DNA from: Bilabrum cf. latius
Taxonomy: Eukaryota
Length of the DNA stretch: 64,000 nucleotides
NCBI GenBank assembly: GCA_965178125.1
Contig: OZ237741.1
Coordinates: forward strand, 558,001 to 622,000
Reading direction: 5' to 3'
The notes beneath the pieces were generated by a model, which did no database searches, had not been told where the DNA came from, and worked only from the letters and a program-made list of their open reading frames with translations. Every line of letters begins with the position of its first letter. Position 1 is the first letter of the stretch. Below are positions 43,627 through 58,042 of the stretch, piece after piece. The position numbers and the translations under genes are program-made.

Positions 43627-46600
43627 ATGTTGTAGCTACTCGCTTTGATTCTATTCCATGTTTGGGTCGGAAATGGGCAAGAACCGTTGCCATTCTGCCA
43701 AGTTTACTTGCGCCCGGACGGTTCGGTGAACGACCAGGGCACGCTAGCGCAGTGTGTCTTTGTTGCTACCCAGGAATAGGCGATTTCGCTGCCGTATGTT
43801 CCAGTGATGGCGTGTCAGAAACCCCAGGGGCCGACATTTCATAACTACACCGGCCTGCACGCGGCATTTTCTGGTGCAGACCTGTCTCACGCAGTTGAAG
43901 CCCTGGCGAACAACACATAGCTCCCACAAGACTTCAATTCATCAATGCGTGTGGATGGCCTCACGCTTGAGGAGTGGCTTAGCGTACGCTCGCAGCTGTC
44001 TGTCTTTGAAGATCATCCGGCCAATGGGCAGCCGCTTCTCGACTGCTCAGTGATAGTAATTGACCGTGATTCGGCGCGACCAGTGACCCCTTTGATCGGG
44101 GGTCACGCTCTGGAAGTCATTAATGGGTCGTCATACGCTTTGGGTGCGCCCGTAGAGCTCTCGGCAGAGGACTCCCGGCTGCCGATTGAGGTTACTTGGG
44201 TAGCTACGCCGCAGGACGAGGAAAGCGAGCGGCAGGTAATCGCTGGACCCCCAAATTCAAACCAGTAGATGCTTTTGTACACGTTCAACTCATGGTCACG
44301 GCCGCTGGATGCAGAATTGCGGCCTGTTCTCCGCTACACGCTGCGAGCGACCACCTTCATCGCGAACGTGTCTGCTACATTCGACGGCCTCCCGCTCTGG
44401 GACAGCAACGGCATCCCAAGGCGAGCACTGAGCGCTTCCATGGGCGACAACTTCACCATGGTCCCTCTGCCCAGCGTAGATCGCGAGATCGTCATCAACG
44501 TGCAGGACCGTAGGGAGCCCCCGACCCTGCGCACCGACGCCAACACGGTGGATCGACGGATCAAGTTCGCCGTGGTTATGGACGAAAACGACAGGGGAGC
44601 GTCCCAGACGCCCGTTCTGCAGTCCGTGTATGACGTGGACAACTACATGCAGGCGCTAGGCGTCGTGCAAGGGTCCCCCGGGGGTTTCCCCGTGGGCCAG
44701 GCGCTCCAGTGGGAGGAGCAGGACGCTGGTCAGGACGTGCGATTCACGTTGCAGGCAGCCGACCCCAGAGAGTGGAGGCACCTCGCGATCGGGCTGGCCG
44801 GGAATGCGGTGCTGCCGTCGTATTACTGGGAGTGGGCCAATGAAGAGGAGGAGAAAGAGTACGTGTAGCAGGCCTTTCAGATCAATTGGGAAACCTCGCG
44901 GCGAGCCATAGGGAACACCGGAAGGACCACCACCCTATTCGATGTGTCCGTGGCGGTGCGTTCGGAGGGCAGCGGCGGCTACCCGCTGCTTCCACCCGTA
45001 CCTGGCAGCGAGCTGCCCGGTGCCCGAAGGCGAGAGTGGATCATGGTCGAGATGGTGGCCCAGGACAGCGGGTTCAACATGACCTATGAAGGCGGCAATC
45101 AGACCAAGGTGCTCATGAACATCACGGCAGAGCCTTTCACGGGCAATGGGGTCCTCGCCCGTCCGAATCGTGTCAGCTTCGAGATGAGCCCGGCGGATGC
45201 GCCTCTGTCAAAGTCCGTGGGGCTGCTCATGGGCACTGCCAGGAACTGGCGCGCGTCCGTGGAATACCCCGGGCCAGAGGAGCAGGGGTACAGCAGTCTG
45301 CCGTGGCTGAGTCCCAGCCAGAACAGCAGCGTGGGCCCGACTCTCCTCGGGGTCCAGGCAAACCCGCAAAACCAAGTGGCTGGGCTGTACACCGCCAAGC
45401 TGTACATCGAGGCGGTGCTGGAGCCTGGGGAGCAGATCCCTGAGGAGGACGTGGTGCAGGAAATCGACGTGGCGCTCGAGGTCATTGCGCCCTCTGTGGT
45501 GATCAACCCCACCCGCATTGTCGCGGACGCGCAGCCTGGAAAGAATCTAGCCGTTGAGTTTACGATCCAGAACGCGGGCACCGACACGCTGCGTGCAGTG
45601 CTGCAGGTGGTGGAGCCGATCGAGGAGCTCGAGGAAGACGACGTGCTCAGCGCGGAGACGGGCGGCGAAGAGCCACCGGTTGCGTCCGTCGCGGCGGGGC
45701 CAGGCACCCAGCAGCAGCTTGTCAATCTTGGAGGGGGGCGGCGGCTGGGCACTGCAAGCGAGTGGGATGGCCTCGGGATGCTAGGGAGCGGGAGGCGGGG
45801 CCGTGGGCTTCGCACCCGCATAAACGGCACGACACTACCCATTCCCGCGGGGTACAAGCCCGCCCCCAGCTGGGCCAGCATCGCCGTCGACGACGAGGTG
45901 GAGACGGAGGAAATGCTCATCGAGTTGACGGAGGGGCGAGGCACACAGATCAAGCTGAACAACTTCCCCTCTACGGATGCCGACCCCGAGGAGCTTTAGG
46001 CTGTGCTGCTGATCCGCTCGAACGACCCGGCAGTTCCGCTTATGGAAGTCCCGTGGAGGTTGCGCGTGTCTTGGGCCCAGGTGTGCCCCACGCTCACGCG
46101 ATTCGACAGGTCACCTCGGCCAGGGCAGTCTGCCACTGCCTTCTTTGACGTTTCCAACTAGAGCCCGTTCGAGATGCAGTTCGCGTTCGAGTTTGCAGCC
46201 GGCGCTCTGGAGCAGGACCGCACGGACGCCTCGATTCTCACCATGGCGAACGCGATCGAGGCGCGCGTCCTTGACACCACCCTGCCTTCAGACGCGACCG
46301 TGCGGCGCGTGCAGGTTCTGCTGCAGTACTCTCCCGATGTGTTTGTCCGCCCCGGGGTGGAGTACAGGATTCCCATGAACGTGCACTCTTGGAAGCGGCA
46401 CCCTTTGGAGCAGACCTAGCTGGACCGTGATGGTCCCAGCGGGCTCGTGGTGCGACCGTGGCTGGGCCTGAACGATTTCTCCACCACCGTGGACGGCGGT
46501 TTCATCGCCGATACTGCCTCGCGAGTTGAGGCACAGAGCATCACGCAGTACCTTGACAGTTTGCCAGCTGAAAACCGGCAGAATCAAAGGGTGGAAGTTC

Positions 46601-49600
46601 TCTTCACGCTGCAGGTGGGCGAGCTCTCCACGACGTTCAGCACTTTCTCGCCCATCCCGCCCGCAGTCGGGTGGCCTCCGAGGATGGGAGTGGACGAGTA
46701 TTTCGAGCAGACGAACGGGTTTCTGTCGGACGAGATCCAGCGGCAGAGCCTCATCACTCCCGAAGAGGGCCTGGCGGGCGAGTGGGCCCAGTACATCACC
46801 GGCGAGCCCCTCCAGTTCCCCGAGAGGGTCATCACGTCGGACGCAACCTACGAGTTTCTCATCGTGCTCTCCGATTCGAGGCAGCAGCGCACGTGGCTGA
46901 GGCCCTCGCGGGGCGAGCAGCTCGACGTGAGCGTCGTCTCGGACGAACCGGGGCAATCGGGCTCCCCAGCGGAGGCCACCGTGGTGCAGGACCTGTCTGC
47001 GCGAGGCGTGTACAGGGTGACGTTGCGGTACACCAGGACGGGTGCAAGCATCCTGAACGTGAGGCTTCGCACCGACACCAGCTCCAGCAGCTAGATGCTC
47101 CGGTCGTATCGTATCCCAGGGCCGGGCGGCCGCAGTCCCGCTCCAGGCGTGAGGCTGGTGGTGCCGGGCGCAACCTGCGATGCCTCTGCCGGGCTCGCGC
47201 GCGAAGAGCAGACGCAGCTGGTGTGCGTGTGTGGTGCCGGGTATCAAAGGCAAGGTGACGTGTGCGAGCCGTGCCCCGTGGGCACAACCAAGGCCAGAGG
47301 TGGCAACCAGACGCAGTGCAGCAGGTGCCAGTCAGGTCAGTTCTCCCTCGGCAGGTAGTATCCGTGCATGGCCTGTCCCTAGGGGATCATCGCGGACGGC
47401 GCGACCACTGGCGGACTTTTGTGCGTGAACGGCCAGCCGGATATTCTCAACTCTGGCTTTTGGTTTGAGAGCCCCGCGGCACACCTCGACCACCTACTCA
47501 AGGTCACTGTGCCTCGCTACCGGCAGTTCGGCGCCGATGCGGTGGACAGGGAGGCCTCGGTGGACCAGAGGGCGCTTCCAAGGCACATCAAGCTGCTGCA
47601 AGACGAGAATTCCATGGATGGTAGCGAGGACCAGGCCGAGTAGAACCAAACAGAGTTGGAAATGCGGATGTCCAGGGCAGGTTCCATGCAGGTGGATCCT
47701 GACGACGGCACCGTGCGTGTCTGGGGCCCGGACGGATTCGAGGTGCCGTTCCCACCCCTGTACCAGAATAGGCTTAATGGGAAGATCGAGTTCAATCGCA
47801 GCATCACGTATGTGGTGGACGAGAACGGGACGTTAGTGCAAGGCGTGTCGAGGACGGGGCCGACAGGTGCCTACGAGCTGCTGGAGCAGAACGGCGTGCT
47901 TGGGCCTCTTTTGGCAGACGCGTTCCGAGGAGCCGTTCCGAGGCTGTGGTGGCTGTACCTGACGTCAGCAAGGGACATAATGCTGGACCGGGAGGGCGTG
48001 GCCTTTGACGACCCCACCGCGGGCGGGGTGTTCCAGTCGGGGGAGGCCTCCTCGGACATCAAGCTCGACCTGCCCATCATCCTTCCCTGCGTTGTGGACG
48101 GGACATGCCTGTTTGATCTGCCAGAAGTGCCTCTGCCTGATCGAAACTTCACAGAGGAGTGTCTGAACGCGACGTTTGGCAACGGCACGGATCCGTTCCC
48201 GACTGACGACGCAGCGGCGCCCCTGTCTCTTGCCGAGTGTCTGGAGGAGGCAGAGCTGATGGACCTGTAGCTTCTGGCCAACACCTCCCAGCAAGAAGCC
48301 TTCTTCCAGCCGGACTTCTTTGAAGGGGTCTACACGAGCGAGCCTTTCCTCAAGGTGGCCAACTGCTCGCTGGGACACACTGGGTCAGTGTGTGCTGAGT
48401 GCGCGGAGGGGTTTGCGTCATCGTCTGGGCTGGTGGGTGAGTGCCAGCCGTGCTGGTCAAGAGGGGCCAGCTGGGTGCTGACTGTGGTCGTGCTGGGCCT
48501 GGTGATCGGTCTGGTGGGCTACCTTAGCCTCAAGCGGGCGCGTGCCGCAAAGCTTGTCGATGATTTTGAAGGGCAGATGAACAGGTCTGCTCGCAGGCGA
48601 CTGGACGGGCAGCTGAGTGCAATGCAGGGGGACGCGGCTGCCGCTGCTTCGGCTGTTGCCACGGAAGGCGGCCACAGATCCGGTGGCAGGCTCGCGCGCA
48701 GGCTCAGCGCAAAGGAACGAGGAGCCCCGCCCCCGCCTGCCAGAAAGCGGCGGCCACCCACCCCGCCGCCCCGTCGCAAGGGACCCCCTGCTTCTTTCTG
48801 GAGAATCAGCGCCCCCGCTACCTCAGTTCAAGCAGGCGAAAACTAGACAGATTTCGGTGACGACTCGCCCACTGCCACCGGGCTTCTCCTCGCGGAGGGC
48901 GGCGGTGTAGCAGGCGGCTCGCAGTCGTCTCCTGCCGGTGGCGCACACGGTGGACCTGGTGCGAGTGCAGGTGCCCCTACCTCCAGCCGCCGAAGGCTGC
49001 AGTCAGCGAGCACCCGCACCTCTTAGGAGCTTGAAGGCTCCAGCCAGAGCGTCGAGGTAGATCCGCACGGGGGTGGGCGCAGCGCGCCCCCAAACAGGCG
49101 TCTCGATAGGCTGCAGGTGGTCACGGCACCTTCCGATACCTCAGTTGTGACCAGCTTTGACTCGCCGCGCGGCGCAGGCCACCGGCCCCCACTCTCCCCA
49201 GCGAGCACGACTAGCGCAGACGACTCGGCCAACATGCAGTCCAAGACGTCAACCACGATTTCGATCGCCAGGGTAATCATCAACTACTTGCAGGCGCTGT
49301 CCCTTTTGCAGGCTCCCAGCTCGCCGATGCTGAACAACTCGCTGAAGTCTGCCTCTGTGTCGGACGGCGTTGCGCTTGGACTCCACCCGATCCAGTGCGC
49401 CTTCTAGTTCTCCCTATTCGACAGGCTCTATGTGACGCTTGCCCTGCCTATCGCGGCCGTGGCTGTCCCCGTTCTGATCGCCTTGGTCCTCGCTCTGCTG
49501 CAGTGGTGTGAAGTGTGCACCGGCTCGGAGAGTGCGGTGGAGGCGCGCATCCACGAGCGCCTGGTGGCGCAGGGCGGCGTTGGATTCGCGAGTGCTGCCC

Positions 49601-51264
49601 ACGGAGGCCATTCCGGTGCCGGGGGCGGTTCCGCCCGGAGCGGCCTCGCCGCCGCGACTCCAAGTCCTCGCGGTGGCGGTGCCCGACAGCGGCGGCACCA
49701 CGCGGTGCTGCTGCAGCAGGGTGGCTCTGGGTCTCCATCGCAGGAAAGTGCCACTCAGGGCCAGAGCAAGGGCCGGTGGTTCAGGCTGGTGATGCAGGAC
49801 AACATGAACAGGGCAGTGACGGCCTCCGTAGTCGTGCTCTTCCTCCTGCACCAGTCCGTGTCCAAGATGATCATGAACCTCTTCGCGACGTACGACTTTA
49901 GGATCTACGGCAGGACGCTTCTGCAGGCCGATATGTCCGTCTCGACCTCTGACAACGGATACACGGTTGCCTACGCGATGGGTTGGGTTGGTGTGGTGCT
50001 GTACGTCTTTGGGATTCCCATCGCAGGCGCAGCCATCCTCTCTAGCCTCAGCAGGAGCGGGGATCTCGGCAAGCAGAACACCATCGCGAGATGGGGCTTC
50101 CTGTACGCCGGGCTGTCGCTCAAGAGACCCATGAGATTCCTGTGGGAATTGGTGGTAATTGCGCGGAAGCTGGCCCTGATCGGAATCGCCACGCTGATCA
50201 CGCAGTCAGTGATGCTGCAGGGGCTTGCGGCTCTGCTCGTGTTGCTGGTGGCTATTGTGCTGCAGCTGCTTGCCAAGCCGTTCGATTCGAGGACCCTCAA
50301 CTACCTGGAGATGTCTGCGCTGGGAGTGCTGATCATCACGCAGATCGGCATCCTGTTCATCGAGCTGCAGCAGTCCGTGGCGGCCGCTGCCTTTTTGATC
50401 GTCTTCAACGTCACCTTCCTAATCGTGGCCGTAGCCGTGATCTTCATGTCTGCCGATGACGAGATCACTGATGTCATCACCAAGGCCAACAAGTGCTGCA
50501 AACCGGTGGAAGATGCCACTTGCTCCTGCTTCCGAACCGCACTACTGTACGCCGGCTTTGACGATCCCGTGCGGCCTACGAAGTCCAAGCGCGCTCTCGT
50601 TGGGAGGCACAGGCTGACTCGCGATGACTCGAGCGGGCCAGGGTTCGTTGCTGGGATCGAGATGTCAAGCCGCGGAGGTGCAGGAGGCACCGAACAGCAG
50701 AAGCAGCAGCAGGGGCGCCAGGGCTCTCCCGTGGGGAGTCCCAGCGGAGGAGTGACGGCTTCCAGCCGGCCAACATTTGACTTCAGCCACATCTAGTCAT
50801 CCAGCGGAGTGCCAGGCTTGTCTCGCAACAGCAAGCGTGGCTCCTTCCATCTCACGAACCCAATGTAGAGGGCACTAGCGGCGGGAAAAAAGCAGAAGGA
50901 TGAGAGCGAAGACCAGGGTGGTGTGAGCGCAGGTCTACCTGCCCTGGCTCCAGCCGATGCAACTGCCAGTGAGGTATCCCGCCCTAGCCCCTTAAAGCGA
51001 GCGGCGCGGGGCCACGGGCAGGCTGCAGCGATGGTCGCGAGGGGCTCAGCGAGGGGCCGAGCTAGCCTGCACGAAGCAGCCACGGCGCCACCAATGGGCA
51101 GCGGGGCGGGCCGGTCCGGCACGGCTGCGAGCCGCCGAGCATTGGCGGCTTCTGGCGGGGCAGACGACAGGAAGAATGTTGGTGAGGCCAGTGAGCTGCG
51201 TCCGAAGCGGCAGATGCAAGGCACCAGGCGGGTGCGGCAGGGGAACAGGCGGTTCGTGGGCTGA
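43627..51264 (+). CDS. Giant surface receptor-like protein: signal peptide, beta-sandwich ectodomain, Cys-rich repeats, multi-TM domain (2545 aa)
   Basis: ML(Q)LLALILFHVWVGNG leader; CEPCPVGT..CSRCQSGQFS; CSLGHTGSVCAECAEGF; LQADMS, WGFLYAG, FLWELV..RK, KPF; twelve track ORFs in one frame; ends TGA. Confidence 0.85.
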
Positions 51265-51801
51265 GACTTGAGAGGGGAGTCATCCATAGACTGTGGCTTG
51301 TTTATGATTTTGCTGGCTGGCTGTCAGCACCTCCCATCGACACATGCCTTGTCGCAGTGAAAACAGCTTCGGCTGCCACACGCTACAAGGTTGGCCAGGG
51401 CAGTTCCAGACGACCAGGTGTAAATCTATCTAATTGATGCATTGATTGTTGCAAGATAGACTTTGCTTTGCCAAGTGCACAGTACATAGCTCAGGTATGT
51501 CCGATGCACAGCCTGCTGAGCGACGATCCGATCCAGGCCCTTGCGCCCGCCCCAATGACGGATTTTCCTTTGATCCCAGTCTAATCCCGGATTCAGGCGA
51601 CTTCAGCTAGCCCCCGCAATAAGGACATGATGATCAAGGCTAATGCAGCGGTGAGTAACTGCCATACTAGCTCAACATGTTCATCAATGCCGACAACTGC
51701 AAGATTCCGGATCCGTCAGGTCCTGCAGCACGTCATCATGGTCGGCGCCGTGCCCAGTGCAAAAGTCGAATGTCATCATCACGTGCACCGTCCAGTATGC
51801 G

Positions 51802-51867
<66 letters not shown>
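51802..51867. repeat. (TGC)22 trinucleotide microsatellite
   Basis: Perfect repeat about 90 nt downstream of the NYN gene stop. Confidence 0.95.
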
Positions 51868-51869
<2 letters not shown>

Positions 51870-51957
51870 GCTTATTGACATGGTTGCAGCCGATGCCATC
51901 GGGAGCCTTTGCTGTGGTGGCAGGGCACTGTGCGGGCGCCCGAGGTAGGGAGAAAAC

Positions 51958-53757
51958 TCAGCCCAACAGCTCGTTGAGAAGCTCGGTTTTGTTGAAATTG
52001 ACCCTTCGGAAGACATCCATGGCGTGGGTGAAGGATTCCCCGGCGGTGGGTCTCTCGAGGATGCCGAGCACCTCCCTGACCTCGGCCTCGTGATCCATAG
52101 CCCCTGCTTCAGGCGGGGCTGGGCGCACGACATCCCCCACGACGATGGGAGGGTACGTGGATTCAGGCGCCGCGTGCGCATGGCTTGCCATGAGTCTTGC
52201 CCCACTTTCCAGCGCCGCACGCATCGCTGCTCCGCCCTAGACTGGCAGGCTTGGAGGCATGCCGGCTCCAGGCACGCCACCACCCGAGCCGTATGACGGC
52301 GGGATAGACCCACCCGAGCCGCGTGACGGCAGAACTGATCCGCCAGAGACGGGGTCAGCGGGATGCGCTGGGACGCTGCCCGTGCCTGTCCCGCCCGCGT
52401 TCTGGTGTGTGACATTGGCATGCTGTTGCCCTTGCCCTTGCCCCTGCCAGGGCTACCCCCACGCAGCAGTCCCGTCCGCGCCTGCAAATGTATCAGCGGG
52501 ATCTGCTTCACGGGTGCCAGCCCCAGCGCCTCCGGCGCCTACCATCCCAAGGCCTTGGGGTGTTCGGCCGAGGCGAGCAGAGGCCGGTGGATCGCCTGCT
52601 GGGCGAGGCGGCAGGGATGATGCAGCAGCTGACACCGAAGAGGTAGCCGTGCCGGAGCCAGCCATTGCTCCCGCCCACGCACTTCCAGTGCCTGCTGCTG
52701 GTTCCAGCGGTAAGCTCGGGAATCCAAGTTCCGCTGACTGACGCCCGCGGGAGCCGCCCCGCGAGCCACCCGCAGCTGGAGCCCTGCCTCCAGACGACCC
52801 GGATGATGCTCTCCCCCTGGATCTACCTGTGCCAGCCCCTCCCCCAGCCCTACCTCCATCCCCGCCTCTGCCGCTCGTGCCGTTGCCGTTGCCCCGCTTA
52901 CCCCTGCGAGTCTTCCTAGACCCCGCCACTGTCCTGGCAGCGTAGGTGGCAGGTCGCTCCCCTCTGGCCCTGCGCGAATCCACCTGGCTGCGGCCCCGGG
53001 CTGGATCTGATCCAGGCACGTACTACTATCCTACTCCTGCTAGTGCGGTCGTCATGTCTGCTTGTGCCCTCCTCGTTTCGTCTCTGCTGGGCGGGAGGCC
53101 AGACACGTCATTCCATACGTCTTCCAGGTGGATGATGTCGGGCTCGCCCCTGGTCGTGTGGCAGTGGGGCAGCAGCCGGGCAGAGGTGGTTTCTCGAGAG
53201 CAACAAAGAGCCAAATCGATGCCCTGGGCGACGACGAGCTTTACTGCAGCCTCAAAATCGCCGTCCCCAGCAAGCAGAACCAAGCGCTCCAGCTTGCCCT
53301 TGAGAACGAGTTCGAACATACAAGTTGCGATTGCCACATCAACACCAGCCTGTACCACTCGCTTGATAGGGTGGTGGCTATGAATACACCTGCACTTCGG
53401 ATCAGTGCAGCGCACGTTCATCGTCTTCAGGGGGTAATTCTCTACACGAACTGCGTTCTGTCGCATGGACCGAATGAACGGGGGTTCTCGACGGTCGTGC
53501 CCAATAGCAACGGCCTCATTTTGCTTCCAGGTAGAAATGTACACGACCTCATCAAAATAAGCATCCCCATTCTCCCCTGGGATTCTGTACGCAATCTGCT
53601 TCAAGAGCTGCTTTACGCTGGCGGGATCATGGCCAAATACTGCTCCAGACTCCTCGTTGAATCGCTTGATGGTAAAATACAAGTACCCACCATCTATGAG
53701 CAACACGTTTCGCTTGCGATCAGCCGAGGCGGCCGCATCTGACGCGACTGCCGCCAT
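51958..53757 (-). CDS. NYN (LabA/DUF88 PIN-like) domain protein with low-complexity linker and small helical C-terminal domain (599 aa)
   Basis: LLIDGGY, QAGVDVAIA, LLAGDGDF; three track ORFs joined by TAG; ends TGA. Confidence 0.82.
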
Positions 53758-54149
53758 TGCTGCTCTGATCGCTCACTCCCCCGATTGGTGCGTTTGCAGT
53801 GAAGAAGGCGCAGAACGATACAGCCCCAACAGTGACGCGTAAGTGTCGATTTCTTGATCCTCTATGCTTCCGTAGGATGTGCAAGAGTAATGCAGGTATG
53901 CATGCAACAAGTTCAATTTGTAGAGTGCCGAGCACCATTCATCACACTGCCCTTGAGAGCCTCTGGGGTTCTCGAATAGAGCATTCCTAGGCCCTGAGGG
54001 GATGCTGCAATGGAAGATTGGCAGTGTTTGACAGTTCAGGCTTTATGGCAAAGGCGGACAAGCGCCTGTTGGCCCAGCCAGTCCGTCGGGAAGATCGCTC
54101 GGCCCGCGCCCTTGGCACGACACATTGGCCACCCAAACCAGCCCACCGC

Positions 54150-55139
54150 TCAGCTCACCACGCACTTGTTGTCGTCCCCGCTCCTGCTATCAAAGGCCAT
54201 CGAGTGATCGGCTGAGGGCGAATAGTGCAGATTGTCCGCGAAGTACGTCTGCTCGAGCTCGCCCTCGGGTTTCTGGTCTGCAAAACTAATCCGCCGCTTG
54301 CCCATCCCCCGCGGGCGCTCCGCCTCCGGACCCGCGCCCTCCTTCGCCCCGCTTCCGCCGCGTTTCAAGATGCTGGGGCGTCTAGTCAGCTTGGGTCGGC
54401 CGAAGGGAGGCGTGGACGGCGCGCCATCCTCTCCACCTTTCGCTGCCGCTGCATCGCCACCCTCAGCACCAGAGGTAGATGCTGGCCCGGCAACTTCCCC
54501 CTCACCGGCACCGCTGCTCGCGCCCGTCCCTCCTAGGCCGGCGGCCGGCGCGTCCCCCGCGGGGGCACCGGAGGGACCGGGAGCGCTGCCTGCTGCTGCT
54601 GCCGCGCCCGGAACGGGAGCCGAAGATGGTCCGCCCACAGCGGCAGGCAACGACGGCGGCTATGTGCCCTCGTGTTCATCATCTTCAGCAGCCTCAGAAT
54701 CAGCTCGCTCCTGCCCGCGCCGCCGCAACCCGAGCAAATTGGCAACTCCCTTCACAAGAGATCGCAACTTATTCTTTCCCCCTTTGGCAGGTGATCCAGG
54801 CGGGCTGTCATCTGCCGAAGGATCAGTTGAAGCTCCCAAGCTCTCTTTAGCTGGAGCGGTGCCAGTAGCCGCTGAGCCGATACTCAACTCCTTGCTTTCC
54901 GCGGCGTTGCCTTTGGGGCGGTGCGGTTTGCCATAGATCGGCGGCTCCTCCGTGAGGCCATCAGGCCTTGTCCACTATGTTTTCTTTGTTCCTGTGTGAA
55001 AGTAGTAGTGTTTCTGCAGCGAAACGTCCAGCACTCTGTACCATCCAGGAGGATACGACACCGCTTGCGACGTACCCTTGGCAGTCCCCGTTGCTTCTCC
55101 AGCACCTCCTTTTGCGTCTTGAGCAATAGTTTCTGACAT
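54150..55139 (-). CDS. WW-domain protein with SILK and RVxF-like motifs and C-terminal CaaX (329 aa)
   Basis: YPPGW...HYYFHTGTKKT(TAG)WTRP; RRPSILKR; KRRISFAD; ends KCVVS-TGA. Confidence 0.8.
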
Positions 55140-55632
55140 CTGACAACCAAAACAAGCAGATTCTATCCCTTGACGGGGGTATATCCGCGTAAAAAGGGAG
55201 AGGTAGCTGCTGTTGACCCTGTGGTGACAGCTTTGGCTGCTGTTCGCTCGCGGCGATAATTCGTCACCTTACTGCCTTATGGATGCAATACCACACAGCA
55301 ATATATGTAGTAAGGCTGGTAGATACACGAATGGCCTACAGCAACGGGAGCAACTGCTGCACCTGAATCATGCTACTCAATTTTCATATTTCGGGCTATA
55401 GAAACACGTTACAATAAAAATAGTTGATGTGACGAGTGAATTTAGAAGTTTTCCATTGTGCCGTATTGCTGCAGGATAGTGGGCATGTTCCACACATTTT
55501 CGTAGCAATCACACTCATCGATTGACTTGGGTGCGTTGGGTTTGCCAAGGATGCCATGATCTGTCCTTGTTGTCTCAAATTTTAAATATCCTGCCGCACG
55601 TATACCAGCCGTTTGTGTCACATTCTCCGCAG

Positions 55633-57920
55633 ATTAGGGTGTTGCGCGCGGTGGGAAAGAATACTTTGATCCTATTCATGGGGCAATCGAGCTGGACCCT
55701 CTGGCAGTGCGGTGCATGGACACCCCTGTGTTCCAACGGTTGCGGGAGTTGAAACAGCTTGGATCGTCTTACTTTGTGTTTGGTGGAGCGTCTCACAATC
55801 GCTTTGAGCACAGCGTTGGGGTGTATCACCTGAGCAAGACTATGATTGACCGGTTTGCATCGCAGCAGCCGGAGCTAGGGATCACTGACGACGAGCGCAC
55901 AGCCGTCGCTCTGGCTGGCTTGCTGCACGACCTTGGGCACGGACCGTTCAGCCACGTGTTTGACGCAGAATTCATCCCAAGGGCCCGACCAGGTGCAACA
56001 TGGACACACGAGCAGATGAGCATCGACCTGATCGACGTGATGCTGGAACAGGGCGACTTGCACGAAGACCTCTCCCCAGAGGTGGTATCGATGATCAAAG
56101 GCATGATCATGGGAGGCAAGCCGCCCAAAGGCCACGGCGCGGGAGCGCTACAGAAGTCACATGTAGGCAGCAGCTCAGCCGGACAGGGTCCGCCGTCCAT
56201 GTTTCGCAGCGACACATCGTCCTCTCGATCGGCCTCGTCGTCCTCGTCCTCGGCGGCTGCCTAGCCTGCCTCGAACGGTGTAGGCTACTCGCTAGCCGCA
56301 CCGGGGCGCGAATTCCTGTACGAAATCGTGGCAAACGCAAGGAACAACATCGATGTGGACAAGTTCGACTATCTGGCCCGGGACAGCCGCTGCGTGGGCC
56401 TCAAGAGCACGTTCGATTTCTCTCGGCTGGTTCGGTCTGCAAGGGTCGTGGAGGGGCAGATCTGCTTCCCCTTCAAGGAGGCCATGACGATCTACAACCT
56501 GTTCTTCAACAGGTACCTCTTGTTCAAGCAGATATACACGCACAGGGCAAGCAAGGCCATCGAGTTCATGCTCACCGACGTGCTGCTCGAGGCAGACAGG
56601 GCATGGCAGGGACGCATCAGCCGCGCCATCGACGACCCGAGGCAGTACTCTAAGCTGACGGATGGTATCCTGCGAGACATCGAGAACTCAACGGACCCTT
56701 CCCTGGTAAAGGCGAGGTCGATCGTGAGCCAGCTCAGGAGGCGCAAGCTATACAGGTTTGTGGACCAGTGGCTCGTGCCAAAGGAGAGCACTCGGGACGT
56801 GGGCAAGCCGTCAGCGGAAGAGATTACCGACCTGAACCCCAGGCCAGAGGTGCAGCTGCAGCCGGAAGATCTCGTGGTGCAGGATTTCAAGCTTCACTTC
56901 GGCAACAAGGACAAGGACCCGCTGCAGCTGACGGGCTTCTTCCGGCCCTCGCGCCCCGACGTGCTTTGCGCCCACGACCCCTCCAAGTTTTCACACTGCA
57001 TCACTCCCACGTTCTAGGAGAGGATCCTCAGGCTCTACTGCAGGAGACCGGAGAGGGAATACGTGCGTGCGGCCGGAGAGGCCTTCAGGCGATGGGTGAA
57101 GCGCGTGTCACCGGGCGCCAGCAACACGCCAGACCACTCCTCCAGGATCTTCTCGCCCCCTCGGTCTGTGGGAGGCAGGTCCAGGGACGGTGGTGGCTCT
57201 GTCAGGGGGGACACTAGGGGACGTGACGCGGACGGGGACAGCGAGGATGAGGAGGGCATGGGGAGGGCGGGCCTTGGGATCGGATCAAGAACGGGAGAGC
57301 GGCGCATGACGCTGTCCCAGCAGAACGTCCTGTTCGGGGAGGGCGATCTAGCGACGGACGAGGCAGCCGCTTCCCAGCTACAGCCAGGGGCAGCGTCCTC
57401 CTCAGCGTCGTCTTCCTCTGCAGCGGCATCTAAATCTTCGTCCGATTCGGCGGGGCAAGGCAATGGCGATGGTGGAGCATCGCGCGCATCGGGAGGTGGC
57501 CTTGCATTGGGGTCAAAGAGGGGCAGGGCCACTGGAGATGGTGAGGGTGATGATGATGGTGATGACGACGAGGATGAAGATGAAGACGACATCAAGTTTT
57601 CGCAGGGGTCCGGCTCGAAGCAGAAACGGGGTGGCAGCGCGCCGCTGTCGCAGATCCCAGACGCGGCGGACGGACTCGGGGCTAGCAGCCTACGAAGGAG
57701 CGGCAGCACTAGCTCGAACCGACCTCCGAGCGGCCCGAGCAACGGGGCCGCGAGCAAGCGCAGGAGGACGAGCGCGGGGAGTGCGAACGGGGCAAAGAAA
57801 GGCAAGGGAGGTAAGGCGGCAGCCGGGAAGCCTGCCAGTGCGACTGGCTCGCAGGCGGGACTAAACCCGTGGACAATGAGCGCATCGTAGTCCTCGTCAG
57901 GGTCGAAGGGGAAAGATTGA
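55633..57920 (+). CDS. SAMHD1: SAMHD1-like HD-domain dNTP triphosphohydrolase (first exon not located)
   Basis: DPIHG, FQRLRELKQLG, HNRFEHSVG, LLHDLGHGPFSH, DVDKFDYLARD, IYTHR; joined across TAG to TGA; probable splice acceptor CCGCAG ending 55632. Confidence 0.88.
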
Positions 57921-58042
57921 TCGGAAAGGATCGAAGGAGAATGATTGAAGCCAAGCGGCTCGGACGACTGCTCGGAAAAGTGCCAATGACTGACAAGGAC
58001 CACCCGCCCACGAAAGTTAACGGAGACAAGCAATGAAAGGGG

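Noticed and set aside
51627-52511. PolyQ, polyA, polyL and polyC ORFs
   Set aside because: Alternative readings of the (TGC)22 microsatellite downstream of the NYN gene stop
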